Numbered from the stretch's first letter, positions 17,747 to 27,906 are shown. The stretch: DNA of 64,000 nt from Francisella tularensis subsp. holarctica (GCA_945879065.1 CAMCUU010000003.1:2079-66078); one strand, 5' to 3'. Notes: generated from the letters alone by a model not told the origin. Program-made: numbers and translations.

Positions 17747-18598
17747 TCACTCGTTTTTTCTAAGTTCCAAAAGCTTCGACACCAGGTCCATTTTATTTCT
17801 GGCTTTTAACTTATTTCGCAAAGAGGCTGTGTACTCTTCAGCGGTTCTGACCGAGATATTTAATTTCTTAGCAATCTCTTTCGAGGTCAGACCTAATAAA
17901 ATCAAAGGCACATAGTCCAGCTCTCTTTGAGTGAACACATCCATCTTGTTTATTTTGTTAATTTTGATTTGATCTAAAAAATCCATCTTGTCTTCTAAAG
18001 ATAAAGACAAATTATTTAATACATCTAATTCATAAAGACTGGGGTCTGCCCGATCCATAGAGTTCATAGCGCTCATAGACACTTTCAAATCATAAGCCGC
18101 ATATAAATCCGGGGAGGCTTTCATCTTATGGGTAAAATACGCAATAAAAGATTCCAATAAATCTAAATGGTTCACATAGCGCTGATTAATGGCCTGGCTC
18201 TCCAGGTGCGTTCCAAAATGATAATAATCCACATGAGTCTCAGTTGGCTTAATCACTGTAAAGATATGTTTAAAATCATGATCCGCCGCATCTTTGATCA
18301 TCTGGGAAGCCTGACCTTTTAAATCTAAAACATCCCACATTAGGCAATTAGATAAATGACAATGTTTAGGATTCACATGCACATCGGCGTTGTAATGGGA
18401 TTTTTCTAAATAATTTCTCATGAACTCTGGATTCGTCGCGATGGCGCCAAACTGACCGGCTGATTCCCCCGCATGATGCATTCGAAGATGCGCAAAAGAC
18501 GTGATGTCTAATATTTCCAATGGCTTGCAAATCCCCACAAAATCTTCGTGCAGGATGCAGCCTGGATGACTTTTTAGGATTTTATCAACAGAGGACAT
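17747..18598 (-). CDS. LuxR-family transcriptional regulator (283 aa)
   Basis: C-terminal LuxR/GerE HTH: FTQRELDYVPLILLGLTSKEIAKKLNISVRTAEEYTASLRNKL. The N-terminal sensor-like domain is unassigned. Confidence 0.75.
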   Translation of the reverse strand: MSSVDKILKSHPGCILHEDFVGICKPLEILDITSFAHLRMHHAGESAGQFGAIATNPEFMRNYLEKSHYNADVHVNPKHCHLSNCLMWDVLDLKGQASQMIKDAADHDFKHIFTVIKPTETHVDYYHFGTHLESQAINQRYVNHLDLLESFIAYFTHKMKASPDLYAAYDLKVSMSAMNSMDRADPSLYELDVLNNLSLSLEDKMDFLDQIKINKINKMDVFTQRELDYVPLILLGLTSKEIAKKLNISVRTAEEYTASLRNKLKARNKMDLVSKLLELRKNE

Positions 18599-18881
18599 GA
18601 CTTAATTCCATGACAATAGGCGCCATAGTTTAGTGGGATTTTTTTAGATTCTGCAATGACTAAAAATTCTTTAGTTAATTTATCAACTCAATCAAATTCA
18701 TCCGTCGCGCCCGTAGTTTTACTGGTATGTTTATAGCGAAAATTACTAGACAATCCCTCGATTTTTAATAGATGAACTGGGGATAACCTTCTGTTTAATC
18801 CTGAAGAGGTTCACTTTCAAATTGAATAAATCACGAATTTCAATATTCTCCACCGTCTTAATTCTTGGCAGGATTTTAAAC

Positions 18882-20144
18882 ATGCTCAAAAAATCTCAAA
18901 CTCTCAGCGCCCTATTCTTTGGACTTTTAATCTCTTGTTCGAATATAAGTTTTGCAGATTCGCTAGATGACCAGCTCAACGCCAGCATCTCGGCTTATTT
19001 AACTAAGAATCAAACGCCCTATCATATGTCAGCCGTCCAACTCAGCGTTTTATTACCCCATGAACAATCCAGAGATTACGTTGTGGGAACTCAGTATTTT
19101 GGAGAGTCTCCAAAAGCAACGATCGACATGATGTTCCAATGGGGGTCTATCACCAAAGAATACACTGATGTTTTGATCTTCCAGTTGGTCCATCAGGGCT
19201 TATTTAAAACAACAGATCTCTTGGGGAATTTATTACCCACTTATTTTGATCAATCTAATAAAACTCCTTGGCCCGCGGCTTGGAAAAACATCACTGTGAA
19301 TCAGCTCATGAATATGACCAGCGGCATCCCTAGTTACGATGATATTTTCAATTTGAATCCAGATGGTTCTTATACGCTGGAAAACTTAGTGGCATATGCT
19401 GCCGATTACCAAAATACGAATGGCTGTAAGACCTCTCATGGCTGCTTCCCAGCTGGGACAAATTACAATTACTCCAATACGAATTACATTATTTTGGCTT
19501 TAATGATTCAGAAATTTTCTGAAACAACTTATGCAGATGCTTTAAACACGCACATTTTGGAAAAATTTCAGAATCAAAACCCAGTCAATCTTTATTATGA
19601 TGCGGATTACTATCCAGCCAATGCTTTGGCCAATATGGTTCATAGTTATTATCAGCTTGATTCAACGAAGCCTGTCTGGACAGATGTTACTAACTGGAAT
19701 CTCTCATGGGCCGCGAGTGCTGGTGCTTTAACAGGCAATATGAAAACACTAATCCAAATGACCCATGCGCTTTATGATCAACATGGCCACCACTTAGCCA
19801 AAAATTTTCGTATTGAAGATCTTAAACAGAATATTGTTCAGGCAACCACTGGAAAGCCAGTTCAAATTCAAAACATCAAAACAGGCTGTGCTTACGACCA
19901 TCTCACTGGCATAGGGAATGAGTGCTATGCCAATGGAATCGTAGTTTTTTATGATCCTTCTTGGGGAGAAGTCTGGACCTACACTGGCGGCACTCCAGGC
20001 TATGCAACTACTTATCTGTACTTCCAAGATCAGCAGGGCCTAATCATCGCCATTTCTCAAGGCAATTCATCGGCAGCAATGGATCAAGAAACATTTCAAA
20101 TCAGCGATATTGTTTTGAAATTTCTGAATTCCAAGCCGCATTAA
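18882..20144 (+). CDS. secreted serine hydrolase, class C beta-lactamase / DD-peptidase family
   Basis: SxxK motif (WGSITKEY) and a YSN-type motif (YNYSNTNY). Signal peptide MLKKSQTLSALFFGLLISCSNISFA. The ATG at 18882 is preferred over the TTG at 18822. Confidence 0.8.
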   Translation: MLKKSQTLSALFFGLLISCSNISFADSLDDQLNASISAYLTKNQTPYHMSAVQLSVLLPHEQSRDYVVGTQYFGESPKATIDMMFQWGSITKEYTDVLIFQLVHQGLFKTTDLLGNLLPTYFDQSNKTPWPAAWKNITVNQLMNMTSGIPSYDDIFNLNPDGSYTLENLVAYAADYQNTNGCKTSHGCFPAGTNYNYSNTNYIILALMIQKFSETTYADALNTHILEKFQNQNPVNLYYDADYYPANALANMVHSYYQLDSTKPVWTDVTNWNLSWAASAGALTGNMKTLIQMTHALYDQHGHHLAKNFRIEDLKQNIVQATTGKPVQIQNIKTGCAYDHLTGIGNECYANGIVVFYDPSWGEVWTYTGGTPGYATTYLYFQDQQGLIIAISQGNSSAAMDQETFQISDIVLKFLNSKPH

Positions 20145-20148
20145 AAAT

Positions 20149-20165
20149 CCGCGACACTGTCGCGG
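20149..20165 (-). terminator. hairpin between convergent genes (possible bidirectional terminator)
   Basis: ccgcgac-act-gtcgcgg is a perfect 7-bp stem. It is followed by atttttaa on the minus strand and preceded by aaaaat on the plus strand. Confidence 0.45.
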
Positions 20166-20213
20166 AAATTGGGAATAGGGGATTTTAAATCTAGGCAGCA
20201 TCACTAAAATAAA

Positions 20214-20792
20214 TCACCAATCTACTTTTAAATCTGGCAGCCCTTCCAGCCCATATCTCGCATAAACCAAAGTGTCTGCCAGTTCTCCACTTAATCTATC
20301 TCGTCGACTAAATTTCAAAATCCCCTCTAAAACATACCCCAAGCGTTCTGGAATTTTTTTGGATTTTATATTTTCTGGCTGACACGTAATCGCGATTCTT
20401 TTGGCGCCAAGCTGAATAAAAGCATATCGAGTCATGGCATTCGCAGCTTCTGTCATATAGCCCTGGTTAGCCGCAGCACTTCGAAGCCAGTAACCCGTCT
20501 CAAAAGAAGGCACTTCCCAATTCATATGATGAAACCCCGTCGCGCCTAAAAAATTGCCAGAAGACTTTTCAAAAATAAACAAAGGCAAATAAGGCTCTTC
20601 GTTCTTTTTGGCTATCCAATTATCAATCGCTTGTTGAATAAAAGTTTCTGTTTCTTTCAAAGAAGGCGGCGTTTTTGCCCAAGGCATAAATCGAGATAAA
20701 TCTTCGAATGATTCTAAAATGGCCGCGTTAACCACTTTGGCATCAGAGAGTTCAGGCCGTCTTAGAATTAATCTTGGTGTCATGATGGGCAT
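20214..20792 (-). CDS. GNAT N-acetyltransferase, RimJ/RimL-like (192 aa)
   Basis: The LILRRPELSDAKVV start, WLRSAAANQGYMTEAANAM (acetyl-CoA motif A-like) and overall length are typical of Acetyltransf_3. Confidence 0.8.
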   Translation of the reverse strand: MPIMTPRLILRRPELSDAKVVNAAILESFEDLSRFMPWAKTPPSLKETETFIQQAIDNWIAKKNEEPYLPLFIFEKSSGNFLGATGFHHMNWEVPSFETGYWLRSAAANQGYMTEAANAMTRYAFIQLGAKRIAITCQPENIKSKKIPERLGYVLEGILKFSRRDRLSGELADTLVYARYGLEGLPDLKVDW

Positions 20793-20834
20793 TGGGGAAT
20801 CTGGAATACGAGCTTCTGATTTTTTTAATACGTA

Positions 20835-21404
20835 CTAATAAACCACAGAATCCTCCCCATCAATCCAGGCCCTTCTTGAAAAAACCATTCCTGCTTTTTG
20901 CATGATTTTTTCAGAAGCCGTATGGCCTACTTCAGCAATAGCAATAATTTTATCTTTTTGAATATTGCCTCCAGCCCAAGCTAATACGGCCTGAAGCATT
21001 TCAGTGGCATAGCCTTGGCCTCTGTATTTTTCTAACACCACATAGCCGACTTCGATTTCATGAGTGCCATTAATTTTATTTTCAAAATCGGCGAACCCAG
21101 TGCGGCCCATAAAATCATGGGACTTCAGATCAAACACTAAAAAAGGCCCATAGCCTTTTTGATTAAAAAAGTGGATGTCTTCTTTAATTTTAGAAGTTAA
21201 TTTTTCTGGAGATTCGTTCCAGTACTTTGGATCAGCAGCAGCCAGTTCTAGTAAATAATTCAAATCCGTATTCATGACAGGCCGAAAGCCAAGATGTTGA
21301 GACTGGAATAGGTAGGTTGGTTTCATGTTTTTTGATCGTTGGGAATTAAGCACACAGGGTATCAAAGTAAAATCGAATTTGTATTTGCTTTGAGCATTCC
21401 CCAT
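20835..21404 (-). CDS. GNAT N-acetyltransferase (189 aa)
   Basis: VLEKYRGQGYATEMLQAVLAWA matches GNAT motif A. GAGG lies 6 nt upstream of the ATG at 21404. The N-terminus reads MGNAQSK. Confidence 0.75.
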   Translation of the reverse strand: MGNAQSKYKFDFTLIPCVLNSQRSKNMKPTYLFQSQHLGFRPVMNTDLNYLLELAAADPKYWNESPEKLTSKIKEDIHFFNQKGYGPFLVFDLKSHDFMGRTGFADFENKINGTHEIEVGYVVLEKYRGQGYATEMLQAVLAWAGGNIQKDKIIAIAEVGHTASEKIMQKAGMVFSRRAWIDGEDSVVY

Positions 21405-21449
21405 CGTTAACCTCGTCTGCTTAATTTTCAGCCTGTAAACTCAATAAAA

Positions 21450-22076
21450 ATGCTTATTTTACTCATCAAAGGCCTCATCCTCGGATTCTCAATCGCTGCC
21501 CCCGTCGGCCCCATTGGATTACTTTGCATTCAAAGATCGCTTCATGACGGATTGAAGATTGGCTTACTGACAGGCCTAGGAGCAGCACTCGCTGATGGTG
21601 TTTATGGTCTGATCGCAGGGCTTGGCCTCACTGCTGTTTCATCCTGGCTCATAGAATATCAATCCTGGATACAATCCCTTGGTGGGCTTTTTCTTATTTA
21701 TCTTGGGATTCAATTTTTACGTAAAAAAGCGACTCCTGAATCTAAAGAAAAATATGAAGCGTCTGGCATAAAAGCACTCTCTTCAACTTTTTTATTAACC
21801 ATCACGAATCCCATGACAATCTTATCTTTCATCGCAGTCTTCGCAGGCCTTGGTCTAGGATCTGGAAAAACAAATTTTATTCACGCCTTCGCCTTGGTTT
21901 TTGGAATCGTTGCAGGATCCGCCCTGTGGTGGCTCATTTTAAGCACAAGCGTTGCTCATATTCTGCGACACAAACTTAGCAGCAGAGCTCTATTGGGAAT
22001 TAATAAATTCTCTGGTCTTATCATGCTGGCACTAGGGGTTTTGGCGATTTTTGAGGCATTGATGCCTCTGTTTTAA
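21450..22076 (+). CDS. LysE/RhtB-family amino-acid exporter
   Basis: About 208 aa with six hydrophobic segments. The N-terminal GLILGFSIAAPVGPIGLLCI resembles the LysE signature. Confidence 0.8.
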   Translation: MLILLIKGLILGFSIAAPVGPIGLLCIQRSLHDGLKIGLLTGLGAALADGVYGLIAGLGLTAVSSWLIEYQSWIQSLGGLFLIYLGIQFLRKKATPESKEKYEASGIKALSSTFLLTITNPMTILSFIAVFAGLGLGSGKTNFIHAFALVFGIVAGSALWWLILSTSVAHILRHKLSSRALLGINKFSGLIMLALGVLAIFEALMPLF

Positions 22077-22101
22077 TCTAAGATCCACCTAAATTTTCAG
22101 C

Positions 22102-23526
22102 CTAAGAACTCATAAAATACGAAAGCATAGACCCCAGTAAAAATAATAACCCTGCAATAATTAGTGTGATGTGCATCCCATTCATAAATGAAGACGCCGT
22201 GACAATGATTGTCCCAAAGGCAGCAACCCCTATGAGGCTCCCTAATTGTCTACTGGTATTGAAAGCTGCAGAAGCTATCCCTGCCCTATTTGTTGGAACA
22301 GCATGGATTGCAATAATTGTGGAAGCCGGCATAGCGAACGCCGTCCCAAATCCGATCATAGCTAGTGGCAGTAGCAGGAAGAAATATTGAGGTGAGTGTG
22401 CTCCAACAATGAGCAAGCTAAAAAAGCCAACCATGCCAATGACGAGCCCAATGACTAAAGGCAATTTTTCACCTTTATGGCTGGCTACCCTGCCTGATAA
22501 ATATGAGGAAATTGCGACCAAGATTAATAAAGGGAAGATGGCGAAACCTGCTTGCATAACGCTGTACCCTCTGATCTGTTGGAAATACAGTGGCAAAATA
22601 AACAGCTCACCGTACAGACCTGTATTCAATAGCATCCCTATAAAAACAGAGATAGAAAAATTCTTTAATTTAAAAAAGCCTAAGGGGAACATGGGCTGTT
22701 TGACGTGCTTCTCAACAAGTATAAAAAGACAAAGGCTGACGACGAACACCATACTCGCCGTGATCACTAGCAGGGAAGACCAACCAAGCCTCCCAATTTC
22801 AATTAAAACAAATGCAAAGCTAGCTGTTGTTATAATCCCAAGAAATTGCCCTGGTAGATCAAAATGAGGATTCAGGTGTTTCTGAGTTTTGACAACGTAT
22901 CGCATGACTAAAAATACAGTGATCAGCCCAATGGGGATATTTATAAAAAATACAAAGCGCCAGCTGAGATAAGACGTTAATACTGCACCAATAACAGGGC
23001 CACTTGCAGCAGCGATCCCCCCAACACCACCCCAAATTCCAATAGCTTTAACACGTTCTTTTTTATCATCATAAGAGGCATTAATCAGTGCTAATGAGGC
23101 CGGCATTAAGGCGGCGGCGGCCATGCCTTGCAAGAATCTAAACAAGATCAAAAAATTTATAGTTGGCGCTATTCCGCAAGCAAAAGAGGTGATGACAAAG
23201 AAAATCAATCCAAGAACCAATGTTTGTTTTGCGCCCACTTGATCAGAGAGGTGACCGGCAAACAATAAGAAGCAGGCCAAGGTCAAACTGTATCCTGCGA
23301 CAACCCATTGCAGATCAGAGAGTTGAGCATGCAACCCTAATGCCATATTGGGTAGAGCCACATTTACGACCGTCACATCCATAATTACCATAAAAAATCC
23401 CAGGCAGAGGGCTGCGAGGGATAATGATTTTTTTGCTCTTGTTTCCACGTTACTGGTCTCTTTATTGGATTTTTTAACAGTATAGTTGTTTCCAAATATC
23501 ATAAATATCTCTATATTTATAAACAC
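22102..23526 (-). CDS. MFS transporter, DHA2 (EmrB/QacA-like, 14-TMS) family
   Basis: LGFFMVIMDVTVVNVALP and GHLSDQVGAK motifs. Start uncertain (M1 or M9). Confidence 0.8.
   Translation of the reverse strand: MFINIEIFMIFGNNYTVKKSNKETSNVETRAKKSLSLAALCLGFFMVIMDVTVVNVALPNMALGLHAQLSDLQWVVAGYSLTLACFLLFAGHLSDQVGAKQTLVLGLIFFVITSFACGIAPTINFLILFRFLQGMAAAALMPASLALINASYDDKKERVKAIGIWGGVGGIAAASGPVIGAVLTSYLSWRFVFFINIPIGLITVFLVMRYVVKTQKHLNPHFDLPGQFLGIITTASFAFVLIEIGRLGWSSLLVITASMVFVVSLCLFILVEKHVKQPMFPLGFFKLKNFSISVFIGMLLNTGLYGELFILPLYFQQIRGYSVMQAGFAIFPLLILVAISSYLSGRVASHKGEKLPLVIGLVIGMVGFFSLLIVGAHSPQYFFLLLPLAMIGFGTAFAMPASTIIAIHAVPTNRAGIASAAFNTSRQLGSLIGVAAFGTIIVTASSFMNGMHITLIIAGLLFLLGSMLSYFMSS
23501..23520. 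promoter_or_regulatory. candidate LysR-type operator (T-N11-A-containing palindrome)
   Basis: ataaatat-ctct-atatttat has perfect 8-bp arms. It lies in the divergent MFS/LysR intergenic region. Confidence 0.35.
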
Positions 23527-23547
23527 TTGTTTCCCTTTGGCTTACAT

Positions 23548-24426
23548 ATGTCAGATTTAGATCGCTTTGAACTTTTTACCCAGGTTGCAGAGGCCGGCAG
23601 CCTAACTAAGGCAGCAAACCAGTTAAATATGACCAAGGCTTCTCTAAGCAAACAGATAAAGCGCTTAGAAACCGACTTTTCAATTTCTGTTTTTGCAAGA
23701 CATAAGCAAAGATTGATCTTAACAACGCAGGGAGAAGCGCTACTTGAGCAGTGCTTGCGACTTAAGCGGGAGCTTGAAGAAACCAGGACCGTCTGCAAAA
23801 AGTTTCATGAAGAACCCGAGGGTTATTTACATATCGTTGCCTTTGTTTATTTTGCACAAACACTCATCTTTCCAAAATTAAAATCATTTTTAAAACAATA
23901 TCCAAAAATCAGACTTCAGATTGACCTGACAGAGCGCGTCCCTGATTTTGTACAAGAGCAGGTTGATTTGGCTTTAGGTTTTGCTTTACCTGTTCAAAAT
24001 CCTAATGACGTTATTCAAAAGAGAATGACCACAACCCGCTATATCTTATGCGCGTCTCCAAAATATTTTGAAGAGAACGGGATTCCAGAAAAGCTGGAAG
24101 ATCTGCAGCATCACCAATACATTGGCCATGTGAGTCGCCCAGCGGATCAAATCATCAAATTAAAAGAGGGTCATCAATCATCGATAAAACCTTATTTATT
24201 GCTCAACAGCGTTATGGCGATGATTGAATGCGCCAAGCAAAATCTTGGCTTGATCCAGCTGCCGCTTTATATGTTGGATGAAATTCTAAAACGAGGTGAA
24301 TTAATAGAAGTTTTGTCAGAATACCAGGCAACCAATGCGAGCGTTTATTACCACTACCCAAAGTTTCGTTATATGAAGCCAAAAGTCAGAAAATTTATAG
24401 ATTATTTTTTAGAAGATAAAAATTAA
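23548..24426 (+). CDS. LysR-family transcriptional regulator
   Basis: N-terminal HTH: LDRFELFTQVAEAGSLTKAANQLNMTKASLSKQIKRLE. Divergent from the MFS gene. The ATG at 23548 is preferred to the TTG at 23527. Confidence 0.85.
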   Translation: MSDLDRFELFTQVAEAGSLTKAANQLNMTKASLSKQIKRLETDFSISVFARHKQRLILTTQGEALLEQCLRLKRELEETRTVCKKFHEEPEGYLHIVAFVYFAQTLIFPKLKSFLKQYPKIRLQIDLTERVPDFVQEQVDLALGFALPVQNPNDVIQKRMTTTRYILCASPKYFEENGIPEKLEDLQHHQYIGHVSRPADQIIKLKEGHQSSIKPYLLLNSVMAMIECAKQNLGLIQLPLYMLDEILKRGELIEVLSEYQATNASVYYHYPKFRYMKPKVRKFIDYFLEDKN

Positions 24427-24575
24427 CTTAAGTACATGTTATTTTTTCACTGACTGTCCTAACACCAACATCACGGTTCCTGGATAGAAAAAATCCACCT
24501 CCGATTTCAGCCAGTGTATTAATTTCCAGCTGATATGATTTGCCGCCTGAAATTAATTTATTTTTTAAGATTCGT

Positions 24576-26024
24576 ATGACCTCCATGACACTCAACTACG
24601 ACCCTGAAGAGTTTTATAAAGCCCATCTAGCCCGCGATTTTAGATTTGATGGCAAATTTTTCGTGGCCGTCAAAACAACACAAATTTATTGCCGGCCTGT
24701 TTGTCCTGCGCGAAAAGCAAAACTAGAAAATCTCGAATTTTTTATTCATAAAGTTCAAGCAGAAGAAGCGGGCTATAGACCCTGCTTACGCTGTCGCCCT
24801 GAGACAGCTCCGGGCTCTCCCGCTTGGCTTGGGACTTCTGATTTAGTTAGGCGCGCTGTACGCATGATGGATAGCTGCGCCCTAGAGGATTTAAATATTT
24901 CCCAAATAGCTGAAAAACTAGGTATTGGAGAACGTTGGTTAAGAGAATTATTTCAAGAACAAGTGGGATCGAATCCCCAGGCTATTTTAATTTCTAAAAA
25001 ATTAGATCTCGCCAGAAATTTATTAGACAACTCCAATCTTTCTATCACTGACATCGCTTTTAGTTCTGGTTTTTTATCTGTTCGCAGATTTAACGATGCG
25101 TTTAAGAATAAATTTAAAAAAACACCGACAGAGTGTCGAACACGGGCCAATCTAAGCGAAAAAAATTCTGAAAGTTCTTTCTGTATTTATTTAAATTACA
25201 GACCCCCCTATGCCTGGTCTGAAATTTTAAATTTCTTAAAATTTAGATTAATCCCAGGCCTGGAATGGGTTGAAAATAATGCGTATCAGCGCCTGATTGC
25301 TTTAGGGGATCTTCGCGGTTGGTTCAAAGCAAGTCATGATTCAGAGAGCGCAGAAAGTCATAAAATTAAGATCGAATTTAAGTTAAATACGAACGCCAAT
25401 ATTTTAGAGCTGGTGAGCAGAGTCAAAAATATTTTTGACGTGGATGCCGATCCCATGAGTATTGAAAAAGGCTTATCAGAAGATCATCAACTTCAGCCTT
25501 TCTTACAACAACATCAGGGCTTAAGGATTCCAGGCTGCTGGGATGGATTTGAGCTAGCCGTTCGAGCAGTTCTTGGCCAGAAAATTAGCGTCAAAGCCGC
25601 ACATACAATTTTGGGCCGCATTGTGAATCTCTGTGGAGAACCGCAAGATTTAGATCAACATTTTAAATTAGATAAATATTTCCCAAGTCCTGAAAATATC
25701 TTAAAAGCGGATTTGAATAATCTAGGGCTGCCGCTGAGTAAAATTGCGACTCTAAAAGAACTAGCACAACAATTTTTAAATCAAGAACTCATCTTAGATG
25801 GTACCGCGGATTTTGATCAAAGCTGTAAAAAATTATTAGCCATAAAAGGCATTGGTCCTTGGACGGTTGAATATATTGCGATGCGAGCCTTGCGAAACCC
25901 AAATGCTTTTCCCGAGAGTGATTTAGAGCTCCAGAAGAAAATTAAAAAATTTAATTTAGACCCAAAGATCTGGGTTCCCTGGAGAGCTTATGCAGCGGTA
26001 TTACTTTGGAATATAAAATCATGA
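24576..26024 (+). CDS. AdaA-AlkA fusion: Ada Zn-finger methylphosphotriester domain + AraC HTH + DNA-3-methyladenine glycosylase II
   Basis: FDGKFFVAVKTTQIYCRPVCPARKA (Ada N-terminal Cys cluster), AraC-type HTH (ITDIAFSSGFLSVRRFNDAFKNKF) and a HhH-GPD region (LLAIKGIGPWTVEYIAMRAL). Confidence 0.8.
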   Translation: MTSMTLNYDPEEFYKAHLARDFRFDGKFFVAVKTTQIYCRPVCPARKAKLENLEFFIHKVQAEEAGYRPCLRCRPETAPGSPAWLGTSDLVRRAVRMMDSCALEDLNISQIAEKLGIGERWLRELFQEQVGSNPQAILISKKLDLARNLLDNSNLSITDIAFSSGFLSVRRFNDAFKNKFKKTPTECRTRANLSEKNSESSFCIYLNYRPPYAWSEILNFLKFRLIPGLEWVENNAYQRLIALGDLRGWFKASHDSESAESHKIKIEFKLNTNANILELVSRVKNIFDVDADPMSIEKGLSEDHQLQPFLQQHQGLRIPGCWDGFELAVRAVLGQKISVKAAHTILGRIVNLCGEPQDLDQHFKLDKYFPSPENILKADLNNLGLPLSKIATLKELAQQFLNQELILDGTADFDQSCKKLLAIKGIGPWTVEYIAMRALRNPNAFPESDLELQKKIKKFNLDPKIWVPWRAYAAVLLWNIKS

Positions 26025-26554
26025 GAAGTATTCAATTAATTAATTCTTTACCCAAAGACGCTGTGTATTCCCAGATGGACTCTCCCGTCGATGTCTTAAC
26101 TTTAATTGGCTCCCATCAGGGGCTTCATGCGGTTTTATGGGAATCTGATTTTAAAAATCAAAAATATACGGATTTATTAGGGCAACTTAAAAAATCTGAA
26201 GATTTAAAAATAATTTTTGAAACTAAAAAACAGCTGTCTGAATATTTTTTAAAACAAAGAAAAAATTTTGATCTGGACTTGGTTTTATATGGCACAGAGT
26301 TTCAAAAAAAAGCCTGGGCTGAATTAAGAAAAATCCCCTATGGCCAAACTATTTCTTATGGTGAACAAGCCAAAAGAATGGGGGATAAAAATAAGGCCAG
26401 AGCCGTCGGCATGGCCAATGGCCAGAATCCCATTTCTATTATTATTCCATGCCATCGGGTGATTGGGTCAAATGGAAATTTGACGGGTTTTGGCGGTGGG
26501 TTAGATAAGAAAGAATTTTTATTAAATTTAGAAAAAACTGAGATGACATCATGA
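26006..26554 (+). CDS. ogt: methylated-DNA-protein-cysteine methyltransferase
   Basis: Active-site IIIPCHRVIGSNG (PCHRV motif). Overlaps the upstream ada-alkA gene. Confidence 0.85.
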   Translation: MEYKIMRSIQLINSLPKDAVYSQMDSPVDVLTLIGSHQGLHAVLWESDFKNQKYTDLLGQLKKSEDLKIIFETKKQLSEYFLKQRKNFDLDLVLYGTEFQKKAWAELRKIPYGQTISYGEQAKRMGDKNKARAVGMANGQNPISIIIPCHRVIGSNGNLTGFGGGLDKKEFLLNLEKTEMTS

Positions 26555-27906
26555 TGAATAGAAAAAATTTGGCCTTCACTGCGCTCTGCATGGGGTTCTT
26601 CATGGTGATCCTGGATGTCACTATCGTGAATGTTGTTTTGCCAACAATTGCTCATGCGCTCAAAACAACGCTGTCTGGTCTTCAATGGGTTGTGGATGGA
26701 TACACCTTAAGTTTTGCAGGATTTCTCTTATTAGTCGGAGAGTTCAGTGATCGATTTGGAGCAAAAATAATCTTTCAAATCGGACTCCTCTCTTTTATTT
26801 TAAGTTCTTTAGCCTGTGCCCTGTCTTTATCAATTACAGAACTAATCTTTTTTAGATTTATTCAAGGGGCCGCTGGAGCTCTTTTATTGCCCTCTTCTTT
26901 GGCATTAATTATGGGCCTTTACCAAGACGCAAAAGACAAAGCAAAAGCGATTGGAATTTGGGGATCCTTAGGAGGGCTAGCTTGTGCATCAGGTCCTTTT
27001 TTAGGCGGGACATTGGCTAGTTTATTTTCTTGGCGATCTATTTTTTTAGTGAACGTCGTGATTGGACTCATTAGCTTTTTTTTAGTTTCTAAAACGATCG
27101 AACGACCTCAAGTCATCCATTTAATCCAAAGAAAATTTGATTTTTTAGGTCTTCTTTCTGGCGTTGTGAGTATTTCGTTATTTTCCTATGGGTTGATAGA
27201 GGTCAGTCTTTATAGCTGGAACAGCCCTATTATTATTTTCTGTTTTATTGCGAGCTTCTTGGGGTTGATTTTATTCTTATGGATTGAGTCTCATGTGAGT
27301 CATCCTGTGCTTCCATTGGGTCTTTTTCAAAACAAGACAACCGCAATCGCACTCTCTGTTTCTTTTCTTTTAAATTTGGCTTTTTACGGCGAGCTATTCA
27401 TGATGCCGTTTTATTTTGAAAACTACCGGCATTATTCCGTGTTTATGACTGGGTTAGCCATTCTCCCCATCCCTGCTTTAGCGCTGATTGGCTCCTATTT
27501 AGGCGGAAAAATGACGGCGAGCAAAGGTCCAGGATCAACACTAGTCATTGGATTCTTAATTGCGGCACTCAGCCTTTTTTCGTTGCTGTTTTTAATAAAA
27601 GAAACAAGCCTTTTATATGTATGGCTGCTGATTCCATTTTTGACTCTGGGCTTTGGCTTATCTTTCGCAACGCCTGCTATGACGTTTGCTGCCATTCACT
27701 CTGTGGATCCAGCACGATCTGGAATTGCTTCTGCCGTTTTAAATACAGGCAACCAAGTTGGAAGCCTCATAGGTGTCGCTGCCTTTGGGACAATCGCAGC
27801 TATTTCCAGTCACTTTATGTTAGCCATGCATCTAACGCTCTTCTTAGCAGGGGCTCTACTTTTGATCGCTGCTTTTTTAAGCTTGACGATTATCAATGAA
27901 AAATAA
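26551..27906 (+). CDS. MFS transporter, DHA2 family
   Basis: LCMGFFMVILDVTIVNVVLP and GEFSDRFGAK motifs. ATGA overlap with ogt. Confidence 0.8.
   Translation: MMNRKNLAFTALCMGFFMVILDVTIVNVVLPTIAHALKTTLSGLQWVVDGYTLSFAGFLLLVGEFSDRFGAKIIFQIGLLSFILSSLACALSLSITELIFFRFIQGAAGALLLPSSLALIMGLYQDAKDKAKAIGIWGSLGGLACASGPFLGGTLASLFSWRSIFLVNVVIGLISFFLVSKTIERPQVIHLIQRKFDFLGLLSGVVSISLFSYGLIEVSLYSWNSPIIIFCFIASFLGLILFLWIESHVSHPVLPLGLFQNKTTAIALSVSFLLNLAFYGELFMMPFYFENYRHYSVFMTGLAILPIPALALIGSYLGGKMTASKGPGSTLVIGFLIAALSLFSLLFLIKETSLLYVWLLIPFLTLGFGLSFATPAMTFAAIHSVDPARSGIASAVLNTGNQVGSLIGVAAFGTIAAISSHFMLAMHLTLFLAGALLLIAAFLSLTIINEK

Noticed and set aside
17727-18730. Similarity between 17727-17746 (reverse complement acccgtagttctgcgggtatttt) and 18708-18730 (gcccgtagttttactggtatgttt), as possible inverted repeats flanking the LuxR gene.
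   Set aside because: About 18/23 matches. The left copy is adequately explained as the LuxR terminator hairpin and the right copy forms no hairpin. No other mobile-element signature is present, so this is likely chance.
22166-23798. ORFs antisense to the MFS and LysR genes (22166-22390, 22409-22867, 23517-23798).
   Set aside because: They are embedded in genes with clear family motifs on the opposite strand and are typical AT-rich shadow ORFs.
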